Of a stretch of 64,000 nucleotides of DNA, positions 17,554-26,936 are shown piece after piece; positions within the stretch are counted from its first letter, which is position 1; every line of letters starts with the position of its first letter. Both the position numbers and the translations under genes were made by a program. Source of the stretch: Candidatus Omnitrophota bacterium (GTDB taxonomy: Bacteria; Omnitrophota; Gorgyraeia; Zapsychrales; JANLHA01); assembly GCA_040753435.1 (NCBI GenBank), contig JBFMEN010000003.1, positions 10,916 through 74,915 on the forward strand, read 5' to 3'. The notes under the pieces are model-generated. The model ran no database searches. It was given only the letters and a program-made list of their open reading frames with translations, and was not told where the DNA came from.

Positions 17554-18870
17554 ATGAACATTCTCATGATGAGCAATACTTATAAGCCGATCGTCGGAGG
17601 TTTGGAAAGATCGATCGAGATCCTCGTGACAGAGTTTCGCCGGCGGGGGCATCAGGTGATGCTCGTTTCGCCGGAGATGAAGGGGGCCCCGGAGGAAGAA
17701 GGGGTTTTCCGGATCCCGGCCATTCAGCATTTTAACGGGACAGATTTTTCAGTCGAGCTCCCTGTCCCCATGGGTTTGTCTGCAGAGCTGAATAAATTCA
17801 ATCCGGATATCGTGCATTCCCATCACCCGTTTTTGATCGGGGATACCGCCTTGCGGGTTGCTTCCAAGTTCAACGTGCCGATCGTTTTTACATATCACAC
17901 CCTGTATGAAGAATATATCCATTATGTTCCCGGCAATAACGCCTTAATCAAAAAGTTTGTCATCGAGTTGGCGAAAGGGTACTGCGAGTTGTGTGATCAT
18001 GTCATCGCGCCAAGTGACAGCGTTGCGGCCCTGCTTAAATCAAGAGGGGTCAAGACTTCCATCAGCGTGATACCTTCCGGGATTTACTTTTATGATTATA
18101 TGTCTCTTGAGCCACGCAGAAGCCCTCTTTTATCCGGTATCCCCGAAAATGCTTTTATCGTCGGAACGGCAGGAAGAATTGCCCCGGAAAAGAATATAGA
18201 TTTTCTGACGGCAACGATGATCGCGTTTCTTAAAAGACAGCCGCAGGCATATTTTATGGTCATTGGTGACGGACCGTTGTTGAAAGAAGTTGAAAAGCGT
18301 TTTATTAATGCCGGGTTATCAAATCGTTTTATTGCGACTGGAACCCTGACCGGCGGTGAACTTGCAAGCGGATACCGATCCCTTGACGCTTTTGTATTCG
18401 CCTCTCATAGCGAAACCCAGGGTCTGGTGGTGGTTGAAGCCATGTCTTCCGGTGTCCCTGTCGTCGCGATTGACGCCTCCGGAGTTCGCGAAGTCGTGAA
18501 GGACAGGAAAAATGGGCGGCTGATTGCCGGAGATGATGAACGGGAATTCGTTGCCGCGCTTGAGTGGGTGATGGGGCTTTCGGAAGATGAAAAAAACAGG
18601 ATCAAGGCCGGCGCAAGGGAAAAAGGGAGGGAGTTTTCAATTGACTTAAGCGTCGAAAAGATTTTAACCCTTTTTTCAGACATCCTTCTTTGTGAAAAAA
18701 AGATTTGTGACTTAAACGATAATCTGTGGAGGAGATCTGCCCGGCTCATTAAAACTGAAAAGAATATCATGGTGAATCTTTCAAGAGCAACAGGAGGCGC
18801 CCTCCATGAATTTCCAAGAAAGTTATTGGAGAGCGTAAGGGAGAAGGCAAAAGAAAAGACTAAAAATTAG
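17554..18870 (+). CDS. Glycosyltransferase family 4 (GT-B, retaining)
   Basis: The N-terminal GT4 half and a C-terminal EX7E-type motif (FVFASHSETQGLVVVEAMSSGVPVVAIDASGVREVV) are present. An RBS lies upstream. Confidence 0.85.
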   Translation: MNILMMSNTYKPIVGGLERSIEILVTEFRRRGHQVMLVSPEMKGAPEEEGVFRIPAIQHFNGTDFSVELPVPMGLSAELNKFNPDIVHSHHPFLIGDTALRVASKFNVPIVFTYHTLYEEYIHYVPGNNALIKKFVIELAKGYCELCDHVIAPSDSVAALLKSRGVKTSISVIPSGIYFYDYMSLEPRRSPLLSGIPENAFIVGTAGRIAPEKNIDFLTATMIAFLKRQPQAYFMVIGDGPLLKEVEKRFINAGLSNRFIATGTLTGGELASGYRSLDAFVFASHSETQGLVVVEAMSSGVPVVAIDASGVREVVKDRKNGRLIAGDDEREFVAALEWVMGLSEDEKNRIKAGAREKGREFSIDLSVEKILTLFSDILLCEKKICDLNDNLWRRSARLIKTEKNIMVNLSRATGGALHEFPRKLLESVREKAKEKTKN

Positions 18871-18882
18871 AGGAATTTATGT

Positions 18883-19347
18883 ATGCAATCGAAAAAGAAA
18901 AATATCCTTATTGTTCTTTTCCTTTCATTTATCCCAGGTCTGCCACAGTTTTATTTGGGTTTATCAAAGAAAGCTGCAAGCCTTTTTATCATTGATGCCG
19001 CTCTGTTCTTGTCATTTTTCCTGACTCATTCATATGTATCCCGTCTATTGGCGGTTGTTATTTATCTGATAACTTTTTTTCCGGCAGCCATTGAAAGTCA
19101 TCAGATTGCCCGGTATGGCGAAAACAGAATTGATACCAGTGCTAAATGGTACGTTATAGCGCTCTTGTTGACGACGGGGTTTTCAGCGCTGCCTCTTTTG
19201 TGGCAAAGCGAACATTTTTCACGGCAGGCGAAAATGATCTGGACCGCTGCGGTGCCGATTTTGGCGGCTATTTTTTTTACAGGTCTCATCAAATACTGGA
19301 GCCATATTGAACGGATAATCCAGTCAGCCTTGACAGGAAGGACTTGA
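18883..19347 (+). CDS. Hypothetical 4-TM membrane protein
   Basis: 154 aa hydrophobic ORF immediately after the GT4 gene. Confidence 0.45.
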   Translation: MQSKKKNILIVLFLSFIPGLPQFYLGLSKKAASLFIIDAALFLSFFLTHSYVSRLLAVVIYLITFFPAAIESHQIARYGENRIDTSAKWYVIALLLTTGFSALPLLWQSEHFSRQAKMIWTAAVPILAAIFFTGLIKYWSHIERIIQSALTGRT

Positions 19348-19350
19348 GGA

Positions 19351-20772
19351 ATGGGGGAAGATCGCTCAAATTCAGATTTCGGCAACATTAAAGAACAGAT
19401 TATTCAATTTGATTCCTGTACTGCTCTGATGAATGCCCTTGCGCGATTTCTTCATGGGCTGGATTTTCCACTCGTCGGGCTTGGTCATAATGTTCCTTCC
19501 TGGCTTGGGTCGCTCGTTGATGCTATTCCCAGAAAAATACGCTTAAAAATTTACGGCTGGAGCGGATGGATTGATGCCTTGCCTTCGGAAAAGCTTCCAG
19601 AACTTCGCTCTGAAAATATTGACCGGTGGGTTGCATCTGTTTACCCCAAGCGGCAGTATCCCGGTATCATGTTCGGCTCGGCCAATGGGGCGGCGATTCA
19701 TATTGCTGCCGCATTGGGGATCCCCTGGCTCCCGCAGACTTTTTTGACTGCGGCCAGACGTTTTTTGCCGCCGGATGAAATCCGGAAGGATATTGAATGG
19801 GGAAAACAGGTCATTCGTCCTTTTCTTCATTTGAATCCGGATCTGCAGACGACGCAGATGCACGACCCGGTCCAGGACAGGCTGATGATCCAGAAAATGG
19901 GATATTTCCGGATTAAAAAAATGCGGCTGGGAAAGATTTATGAAAAATTTATTTTGGAAAATCTGAAGATGCCTGCTGTGTTTATGACCGTGGAATGCCG
20001 TCTTTTATGGCCTGCACTTGAAGTCGGTGAGCGGCATTATTTTCAAGTTGGCGGATTGGGGTCGGTTAAACCGTATGAATATCTGCACGGCAGTAACCGG
20101 GTGAAGTCTTTCCTCAAACAGATGGGTTCGACTTTGGAACGATGGGAGACATTTCAACCGACGGGAGAGTTCGCAGAGGGAGAATGGGGGTTCGTTGAAC
20201 AATGCCTGCCCGACATACAGCGGTTTGTCGGCAAGCACAATATTCCCTGGGTCAGGATTATTTTTGATCATCCGGAAGATCTTGCCCCGTTCACCGCCGC
20301 ACTTTATGAGTGGTGGTATCGGCGGTTGGGACGCGCTTCCAACATTTTGTTGATTGAAAACTTCGGTTTGATGGCGCCTTTCGATACTGTTGAGGGAAAC
20401 GTCATTCCCTTCTGGCTGGCGTTTAATACAGAAGATTCCCTTAACCGGATTAAAAAATATTTGGAGAGGCATCATTCATTCAGTGAGATTTATTTGATGC
20501 TGATGTCAAACGGAGTCCCTGATGAGATCGGGCTGGTAACGATTGACAAATGGAGAAATATTTTGGCAACGGCTAAGGAGAAGGGTGATTTTATCGGGGT
20601 TAATGAGCGCGAATATCCTTTAGACTTCGGGACGTTCATTAAATATAACCAGGAATTAAAGAAGAAAATCAAAAACAGGATGCCGTTGCCGGAGCCGTTG
20701 TCCCTTGAAGATCTGAGGGAATTTGTTGAGACGCATCAAGGGATGTATCATGTCCAGTGGAAGTCCTCCTGA
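19351..20772 (+). CDS. Hypothetical protein (473 aa), no recognised domain
   Basis: Long ORF tightly packed in the same operon; no diagnostic motif was seen. Confidence 0.5.
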   Translation: MGEDRSNSDFGNIKEQIIQFDSCTALMNALARFLHGLDFPLVGLGHNVPSWLGSLVDAIPRKIRLKIYGWSGWIDALPSEKLPELRSENIDRWVASVYPKRQYPGIMFGSANGAAIHIAAALGIPWLPQTFLTAARRFLPPDEIRKDIEWGKQVIRPFLHLNPDLQTTQMHDPVQDRLMIQKMGYFRIKKMRLGKIYEKFILENLKMPAVFMTVECRLLWPALEVGERHYFQVGGLGSVKPYEYLHGSNRVKSFLKQMGSTLERWETFQPTGEFAEGEWGFVEQCLPDIQRFVGKHNIPWVRIIFDHPEDLAPFTAALYEWWYRRLGRASNILLIENFGLMAPFDTVEGNVIPFWLAFNTEDSLNRIKKYLERHHSFSEIYLMLMSNGVPDEIGLVTIDKWRNILATAKEKGDFIGVNEREYPLDFGTFIKYNQELKKKIKNRMPLPEPLSLEDLREFVETHQGMYHVQWKSS

Positions 20773-20785
20773 AAGGAGGAACAAC

Positions 20786-21427
20786 ATGGAAAAAATCGAA
20801 GAAGTGAAAAGTTTTCTTTTATGGGCGTTCCGCCTGCTTTTGGTCGTTACCGGAATAGTAGCACTGTGGATCGGTGATATCGAAAATTTTCTTTTTGTCA
20901 CCTTAACGCTTTTTCTGACGTTCCTGCCGAGTCTTATTGAGCGCCAGTTACGGATTGAGTATCCCGGCGAACTTGAAATCCTTATTTTATTTTTGATCAT
21001 GTCATCTATGTATCTGGGTGAGATGCATGCGTATTATTACAAATTCAGGTGGTGGGATACTCTGCTTCATGGCGTTTCGGCCATTATTGTAGGCGGAATT
21101 GGCTTCTCGCTGGTCTTTATTTTGAATCGTTCTGAAAGAGTTGCACTGAAACTCAGTCCAAAATTCGTAGCTGTTTTCGCCTTTGGTTTTTCGTTATCCG
21201 TCGGGACTCTGTGGGAAATATTTGAATTTGCCATGGATCAGCTTTTTGGCTTCAACATGCAAAAGAGCGGTCTCATCGATACCATGTGGGATCTGATTAC
21301 AAACGCCATCGGCGCATTTCTTTTTTCACTCGTTGGATATTTTCACATCCGGCATGGCATCACCATCTTTAATTATCTTGAAAAAAAATTTTTCAGAATG
21401 AACCCTGATCTGAAAATAAAAAAATAG
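20786..21427 (+). CDS. Hypothetical polytopic membrane protein
   Basis: The ORF-track start at 20723 (TTG) was trimmed to the internal ATG (MEKIEEVK), which is preceded by GGAGG. It has multiple TM helices. Coordinates here carry about 1 nt of uncertainty from my manual counting. Confidence 0.45.
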   Translation: MEKIEEVKSFLLWAFRLLLVVTGIVALWIGDIENFLFVTLTLFLTFLPSLIERQLRIEYPGELEILILFLIMSSMYLGEMHAYYYKFRWWDTLLHGVSAIIVGGIGFSLVFILNRSERVALKLSPKFVAVFAFGFSLSVGTLWEIFEFAMDQLFGFNMQKSGLIDTMWDLITNAIGAFLFSLVGYFHIRHGITIFNYLEKKFFRMNPDLKIKK

Positions 21428-21553
21428 TTTCCATCCCATGACTGTTATTTCTAAAACAGAAAAAAGTCGATAAATAATGGAAGCAGACCATGGCGTGGAC
21501 GGGACTGTCTTTATAAAATAAAGTGCCTATTTCAGGACAGAGAGGAGGAAGGA

Positions 21554-21940
21554 ATGTTTTTCTGGGATATCATTGCGGCCATGGCCACAGCTGTCCTGTT
21601 AACAGCGATTTTTGAGGGAGGCAGCCACCGGGGAGGACTCGGAGACGGCGCATTATTGTTTTTCTTTATTATATTTTTGACAGCATGGGCCGGAGGGTTA
21701 TGGATTACACCTTTTGGGCCTGCTTTTTTTGGAATTTACTGGTTCCCCTTTTTATTTTTTTCATTAGTGACGGCATTGCTGATGGCGGGGTTATTGGAAT
21801 CAAAGGCGTTGAGAACAAATGCTGGGACCGTGGCAAAGGAAGGGACCGGTCTCGAGTCAGTTAAAGTTAATGTTGTCTTTTACTGGACGCTTATCTTTAT
21901 TCTGGTCTTTTGGATAATTTTTGGATATTTATGGCTTTAG
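21554..21940 (+). CDS. Small hydrophobic membrane protein (hypothetical)
   Basis: 128 aa with a GGAGG RBS; Phe/Trp-rich TM helices. Confidence 0.4.
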   Translation: MFFWDIIAAMATAVLLTAIFEGGSHRGGLGDGALLFFFIIFLTAWAGGLWITPFGPAFFGIYWFPFLFFSLVTALLMAGLLESKALRTNAGTVAKEGTGLESVKVNVVFYWTLIFILVFWIIFGYLWL

Positions 21941-21993
21941 GGATCATTGGCTGAACCGGCCTTTTCAGTGAAGAGAATGAACTTTAGGGGGAA

Positions 21994-22332
21994 TTGATGA
22001 CTGAGCCGTGGTATTTAAAGCAATCCGAGCTGGGGAGAGCCTTCCAGCATTTTTATGTAACTTGCAAAGAGAAGACCTTTCTTGATAAAAAGACGGCAGA
22101 ATTGATGAAACTGGCTTTGGCCTGTGTGTTACGCTGCCCTCATTGCACGGAAAATCATATTAAAGCAAGTATGGTTGCTGGAGCGACGAAACAGGAAGTC
22201 GCGGAAGCCTTGTTGATCGCGGCCGTTGAAGGGGCCGGAAGCCAGCTCTACTGGCAGAAGGAAGTGTTTGAAAAATATTTTAACGAAGCGGATCAGGAGG
22301 GAAAGAATGGCCAAGGTTGCCGTGATCATTGA
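21994..22332 (+). CDS. Carboxymuconolactone decarboxylase (AhpD-like) family protein
   Basis: The LALACVLRCPHCTENH motif (CxxC..H) is typical of the AhpD/CMD core. 112 aa. Confidence 0.7.
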   Translation: MMTEPWYLKQSELGRAFQHFYVTCKEKTFLDKKTAELMKLALACVLRCPHCTENHIKASMVAGATKQEVAEALLIAAVEGAGSQLYWQKEVFEKYFNEADQEGKNGQGCRDH

Positions 22333-22831
22333 TGATCTTTTTGAAGATTCGGAGTATACAGAACCCGTGGATGCGTTTGAAGAAGCCGGCCATGATGTGA
22401 TGAATGTGGGGCTTCATCAGGGAGAACATGTCGAGGGAAAGAGCAAAGGGATATCCGTTGAAATCGATGAGGAAGTCAGCGGCGCGTCAGAGGATGAGTT
22501 CGATGCGCTTTTTATTCCCGGAGGATATTCTCCCGATCGTCTCCGTTCGCATCCTGATGCTGTAAATTTTGTCAAAGGCTTTATGCAGAAGGGGAAACCG
22601 GTTTTTGCGATTTGTCACGGCCCTCAATTATTAATTACTGCGGGGCTGTTATCGGGGAAAAAAGTAACGGGGTGGAAATCAATCAAGCAAGACATTAAAA
22701 ATGCCGGCGCCGAGTTTCTGGATCAGCCGGTTGTTGAAGATGGAAATCTTATCACGAGCCGGAGTCCGGCGGACATCCCGCTATTTAACCAGGCTTGTTT
22801 AAAAGAATTAAACCGGTTAGGCCGTGCTTGA
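22307..22831 (+). CDS. DJ-1/PfpI family protein (class I glutamine amidotransferase-like)
   Basis: MAKVAVIIDDLFEDSEYTEPVDAFEEAGHDV and the nucleophile-elbow AICHGPQLL are present. A GGAGGG RBS lies upstream. The ORF-track start at 22226 is an upstream extension overlapping the AhpD-like gene. Confidence 0.8.
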   Translation: MAKVAVIIDDLFEDSEYTEPVDAFEEAGHDVMNVGLHQGEHVEGKSKGISVEIDEEVSGASEDEFDALFIPGGYSPDRLRSHPDAVNFVKGFMQKGKPVFAICHGPQLLITAGLLSGKKVTGWKSIKQDIKNAGAEFLDQPVVEDGNLITSRSPADIPLFNQACLKELNRLGRA

Positions 22832-22919
22832 TTTGCACGGAAGGCGAGGGAACCTTGATAATACAGGCTTCCTGTGTTAGACTCTCAACAGTTCCTTAAA
22901 CCGCTAATGAAAAGAATCG

Positions 22920-24416
22920 ATGGCCTATCAAATTCTTTTAATCGATGACGATGCCTCCTTCCGTCAGGAATTCCGGGAGTATCTTAATGATGTTAAGGTT
23001 GTTGAAGCGTCATCCGGCCAGGAAGCCCAAAATATTTTATCCACGCCAAATGACATTGATCTTGTTATCCTTGATGAGATGTTGAGCCATGAAAGAGGCA
23101 CGGAAATTCTGCCGCGTCTCAGACAAATCGCACCGCATTTACCTGTCATTCTTCTGACCGGGTACAGTTCCAAAGATATCGCCGTTGATGCTCTGCGCGC
23201 CCAGGCCGCGGATTACCTTGAAAAACCTTTAAACCCGAAAAAGTACGGAATTATCCGTTCTTATTTCACGTCCGTTCCGAGAGATACAGACGGGAGCTTT
23301 ACCAACGGTTTTGAAGGGAAGATCGAATGGGTCAAACGTTATCTTTGCAAGAATTACGATAAAAGGGTGAGGCTCAAGGATGTGGCGGAGGGTGTCTGCT
23401 GGAGCACCAAGTATCTCAGCCGTATTTTTAAAGAGCATATGGGTTCAAGTTTCAGCGAATATAAATTGGGCATTAAAATTGAAAAAGCTAAAGAATGGCT
23501 TCAGAGTGACGGACGGACCATCGATCAGATTTCGCTGAAGCTCGGGTATGAGAATACCGATTCTTTCGTCAAGATATTCAAAAAATTTAACGGCTGCACT
23601 CCCTCCGAATATCGCAAAAAGAATTTACAACAACCGGAGGCATCTCGTATTGCAAGAGCAAGGGATTCCGTTGAGGCTGAACCACAAAAATCCATGAAAA
23701 GGATCCGGAAATCGCAGAAGACAGAAATCGATTCCCAAAGGCTTCAATATTTATCTGATATCAGCCGGTTGGCCTCGATGGTTGCGCACGAATTGCGCAA
23801 TCCTATCGGCGTCATCTCCACGGCACTCTGGAATATCCGAAGGAAGAACAAAAATCCGGATTTAGAAACGAATATTCAGAGCATCGAAAAGAAAGTCGAT
23901 GAAAGCATTTCGATCATAAATAATTTATTGAACTATTCCCGTCTGCGGATTCCGCGTTTTAAACCGGTTAAACTGGATGAAATCCTTATCGATTCCGTTC
24001 AATCGGTTTCTAAAAAATTTCGTCATCGCGCCAATCAAGTGCAAATACACCAGGATTTAAAGACATTAGAAACTGCTATTGTTAACGGTGACCCGAGTCA
24101 ATTAAGGCAGGTTTTCAAAAACATTCTCATCAATGCTTATCAAGCGCTGGAGGGAGTCCCTGACCCCAGGATTGAGATATGGGGAGAAGTCAAGGCCGAG
24201 CAAGCCCGAGTCTTTATCCGTGATAACGGCCCAGGAATTAAAAAACAAAATCTTAAAAAGGTTTTCGATCTTTTTTATTCAGAACGATCGCGTGGGGCCG
24301 GACTGGGTCTGTCGATCGCCAAGCAGCTTGTTGAAATGCACAATGGAACGATAAGCATCAAAAGTGAAATGGGACAGGGCACTCTCGTTTCCATTTTCCT
24401 TCCTGTCACAGCTTGA
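22920..24416 (+). CDS. Hybrid regulator: receiver (REC) domain, then AraC-type HTH, then histidine kinase (HisKA plus HATPase_c)
   Basis: ILLIDDD..LVILDEMLSH (phospho-acceptor Asp region), then KDVAEGVCWSTKYLSRIFKEHMG..GYENTDSFVKIFKKFNGCTPSEYR (AraC HTH), then MVAHELRNPIGVI (H-box) and GAGLGLSIAKQLVEMHNGTISI (G2 box). Confidence 0.8.
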   Translation: MAYQILLIDDDASFRQEFREYLNDVKVVEASSGQEAQNILSTPNDIDLVILDEMLSHERGTEILPRLRQIAPHLPVILLTGYSSKDIAVDALRAQAADYLEKPLNPKKYGIIRSYFTSVPRDTDGSFTNGFEGKIEWVKRYLCKNYDKRVRLKDVAEGVCWSTKYLSRIFKEHMGSSFSEYKLGIKIEKAKEWLQSDGRTIDQISLKLGYENTDSFVKIFKKFNGCTPSEYRKKNLQQPEASRIARARDSVEAEPQKSMKRIRKSQKTEIDSQRLQYLSDISRLASMVAHELRNPIGVISTALWNIRRKNKNPDLETNIQSIEKKVDESISIINNLLNYSRLRIPRFKPVKLDEILIDSVQSVSKKFRHRANQVQIHQDLKTLETAIVNGDPSQLRQVFKNILINAYQALEGVPDPRIEIWGEVKAEQARVFIRDNGPGIKKQNLKKVFDLFYSERSRGAGLGLSIAKQLVEMHNGTISIKSEMGQGTLVSIFLPVTA

Positions 24417-24569
24417 ATCCTTTCCGGTTAAATCTTATAAAATCCAGTAGAATCCGGATGTATAAAAGGGGTAACAGGCCATGTTGCCGTTCCGGCCGTT
24501 TATTATAATGCTCTTACGATTTATTCACTTATGAAAAATAATTGTTAATAACGCGCGGGGGGCAGCATT

Positions 24570-24920
24570 ATGAGAGCATATAATCTGGTCAGTGAGCTTG
24601 GGCATGACTTTTTTTTAACGCTTGATGGCATGGTCTCTCCGAAAATGGAAATCGTCGAGAGGCCGAAGTTTGTCAACGGCAACAAATTATTCGTTCAAAT
24701 CTGGTTTGATCCTGAGAGCGCTGATAAATTCAGAGTGCAGGAATGTGCTTCGCTGATTATTATTGATAGAGAAGATAACCGGCTTTATCTCATTGAAGGT
24801 GTCATTGAAAAGCTTGAACGACAGGAAGAGGAAGAGATGCAGGCCATCCAGGAACGTTTTTATCAAAGTCAATCTCTGTGGGGAGTGACTCTGAAAATCA
24901 GGACCGCGAAATCAATATGA
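24570..24920 (+). CDS. Hypothetical small protein
   Basis: 116 aa ORF; no motif recognised. Confidence 0.35.
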   Translation: MRAYNLVSELGHDFFLTLDGMVSPKMEIVERPKFVNGNKLFVQIWFDPESADKFRVQECASLIIIDREDNRLYLIEGVIEKLERQEEEEMQAIQERFYQSQSLWGVTLKIRTAKSI

Positions 24921-25085
24921 TTTGAAGCCTTTGATTTCGCCGGGCAGAGGCTGGTTAAATAATTTTAAAAGCCGCTTTTTATTTTAGTTTATCGTAAAAA
25001 TTAAAAGATGGCTTTTTTTCTATCCTGATTTAAAATAAATTTATATTTATTCAAATATAAAAAACATATCGAAAGGCGCGCAGAG

Positions 25086-25727
25086 ATGTTTGGTTATATC
25101 GTTAAAGAATTAAGCGAACACTCCCCATTTACTTTATTTGGCGCTTTGACAGGAATTCTTTTAATGATGATTTTTAAAAATATGCCCCATGAAATTGCTC
25201 ATGGGATTTTTTATGTATTCCATCCCGCCCATGTATTTTTGAGTGCAATGGTGACAACTGCTTTGTATTGCCAGTACAGGCCGGATTCCCGTTCTCTAAA
25301 AAAAGTATGGAAGGTCATTTTAATCGGTTTTGTGGGTTCAGTCGGGGTTGGAACCCTTAGTGACTCTTTAATTCCTTTATGGGGGGAGCAATTGCTGGAT
25401 ATGGGAAATCCTGAGCCTCATATCGGATTTATTGAGAAATGGTGGATTGTTAACCCGATTGCCGTCGCCGGTATCTTTGTCGCCTATAATTTTCCGTTCA
25501 CAAAATATCCACATGCGCTGCACGTCCTGGTAAGCACATGGGCATCCCTGTTTCATATGATGATGGCTCAAAACCCGGGAGACGCGATTCCGTATTTTGG
25601 AGTTTTTATTTTTCTGTTCCTGGGGGTTTGGTTTCCGTGTTGTTGCAGCGATATTATTTTCCCTCTTCTTTTTGTAAGGAAGCCCGAGGACATTTTAAAA
25701 AAGGAATGCAGTTTCTGCGGCCATTAA
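25086..25727 (+). CDS. Hypothetical His-rich membrane protein
   Basis: 213 aa with several TM segments (..HEIAHGIFYVFHPAHVFL..). Confidence 0.4.
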   Translation: MFGYIVKELSEHSPFTLFGALTGILLMMIFKNMPHEIAHGIFYVFHPAHVFLSAMVTTALYCQYRPDSRSLKKVWKVILIGFVGSVGVGTLSDSLIPLWGEQLLDMGNPEPHIGFIEKWWIVNPIAVAGIFVAYNFPFTKYPHALHVLVSTWASLFHMMMAQNPGDAIPYFGVFIFLFLGVWFPCCCSDIIFPLLFVRKPEDILKKECSFCGH

Positions 25728-25768
25728 CCAAGCTGGAAAGCATTCACTGCATCTTGAAAAGGGGGCAT

Positions 25769-26665
25769 ATGAACAAGTTTGAAAAACGATGGTTCATTAC
25801 AACTCTTTTTATTCTGGCGATTCTTTTTGATGTTCGTTCTTCGTTTGCTTTTGTCAATTTTTTCGACGTGAAATCTTCTGATCCCTGGGAAGCGACCCTT
25901 AAGACGGAGTACACCTTTGAAACCGGTGTCGACTCCCAGGATGGTGATTTTTCGGTAGGACATTCAGAGCTCGGTTTAAAAAAAGAATTTAAGCTCGAAA
26001 ATGGTCTCCCGGTCGATTTTGGGATTGCCATGGATCATTACACGATTCACGATGATACTCCGGTTGATCTTCCTGCCTCCCTTCAAAGCAAGGGGATAAT
26101 TCTCGGGGCTAAAATGCCGATGCCGTTTACGACGAGTGATTATTTGTTCATGGGCGTAAGTATGGGGGCGTACCTTCAAAGCGCGGGAGACCATGCCTTT
26201 CATTCCAGTGCGTTTCGTTTCAAAAACCGCCTTTACGGGATTTATAAAAAGGATGAGCGGTTTATTTTTGTGATGGGCGTTATGGCGAATCCCGATTATG
26301 AAGAGCGGGCGGTGCGGCCTTTTGCCGGTATGCAGTATCTTATAAATGACCGTTGGAGTATTCATTTCCTATCCGATGATCCTTTTGTTGCTTATCGCCT
26401 TAGTGATAGAACCACGTTAAAATGCCAGTTAAGCATTATCAATGATGAGTTTGAGGTTGTCTCAGGTTCCAGGAGAGGGGAGATTGTTAACATTAATGAA
26501 TATCATATCGGTTTGGGGGTTGAACACGAGATCAAAAAGGACATGAATGTCCAGGGTACTGTTGGCTGGGCCACGGGACGCAAGTATGAATATCTTAAGG
26601 ATGGAGGGAAAGTCGTTCCTGAGGACGGGATATTCTTGGGGCTCAGTCTTAACCTTGGATTCTAA
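25769..26665 (+). CDS. Outer-membrane beta-barrel protein (hypothetical)
   Basis: It has a signal peptide (MNKFEKRWFITTLFILAILFDVRSSFA) and alternating-hydrophobic strands, and ends ..GLSLNLGF with a C-terminal Phe. The start was trimmed from 25538 to an internal ATG preceded by AAAGGGGG. Confidence 0.6.
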   Translation: MNKFEKRWFITTLFILAILFDVRSSFAFVNFFDVKSSDPWEATLKTEYTFETGVDSQDGDFSVGHSELGLKKEFKLENGLPVDFGIAMDHYTIHDDTPVDLPASLQSKGIILGAKMPMPFTTSDYLFMGVSMGAYLQSAGDHAFHSSAFRFKNRLYGIYKKDERFIFVMGVMANPDYEERAVRPFAGMQYLINDRWSIHFLSDDPFVAYRLSDRTTLKCQLSIINDEFEVVSGSRRGEIVNINEYHIGLGVEHEIKKDMNVQGTVGWATGRKYEYLKDGGKVVPEDGIFLGLSLNLGF

Positions 26666-26863
26666 CCATATTCCTGCCGCCATCGTGCGGATAATGTTTA
26701 TATCTGTTTTTTAAAATCGAGTTCGGGCTTGAAATCTGCTTTAATGATTATTCAAAAATATCAAGGGACCCTGAAAGTAGTCAGCAAACCGGGTGAAGGC
26801 TCGGTCTTTACGATCGTTCTGCCGTCCATCCAGCATGCTTCCAAGAAATACTTGTCCTTTTAG
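26666..26863 (+). pseudogene. Remnant of a histidine-kinase C-terminus (HATPase_c G2/G3 region), with no start and no upstream domains
   Basis: The in-frame translation ..SGLKSALMIIQKYQGTLKVVSKPGEGSVFTIVLPS.. closely parallels the true HK tail at 24330..24416 (GLGLSIAKQLVEMHNGTISIKSEMGQGTLVSIFLPV). It sits in the same frame directly after the OMP stop. Confidence 0.4.
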
Positions 26864-26936
26864 TTGTTCTTTAGCGAATCCGTTTTTCAAAGAAAACATT
26901 TAATCAGTAATTTCTTCAAGGGACAAAGGAGTAATC

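Noticed and set aside
25538-25768. Upstream extensions of ORF-track entries (for example 25538, 22226, 33391, 44660, 47608, 52808, 10371, 15206, 20723)
   Set aside because: Each extension overlaps the preceding gene and lacks an RBS. Internal ATGs with RBS, signal peptide or translational-coupling context give proteins matching known family N-termini.
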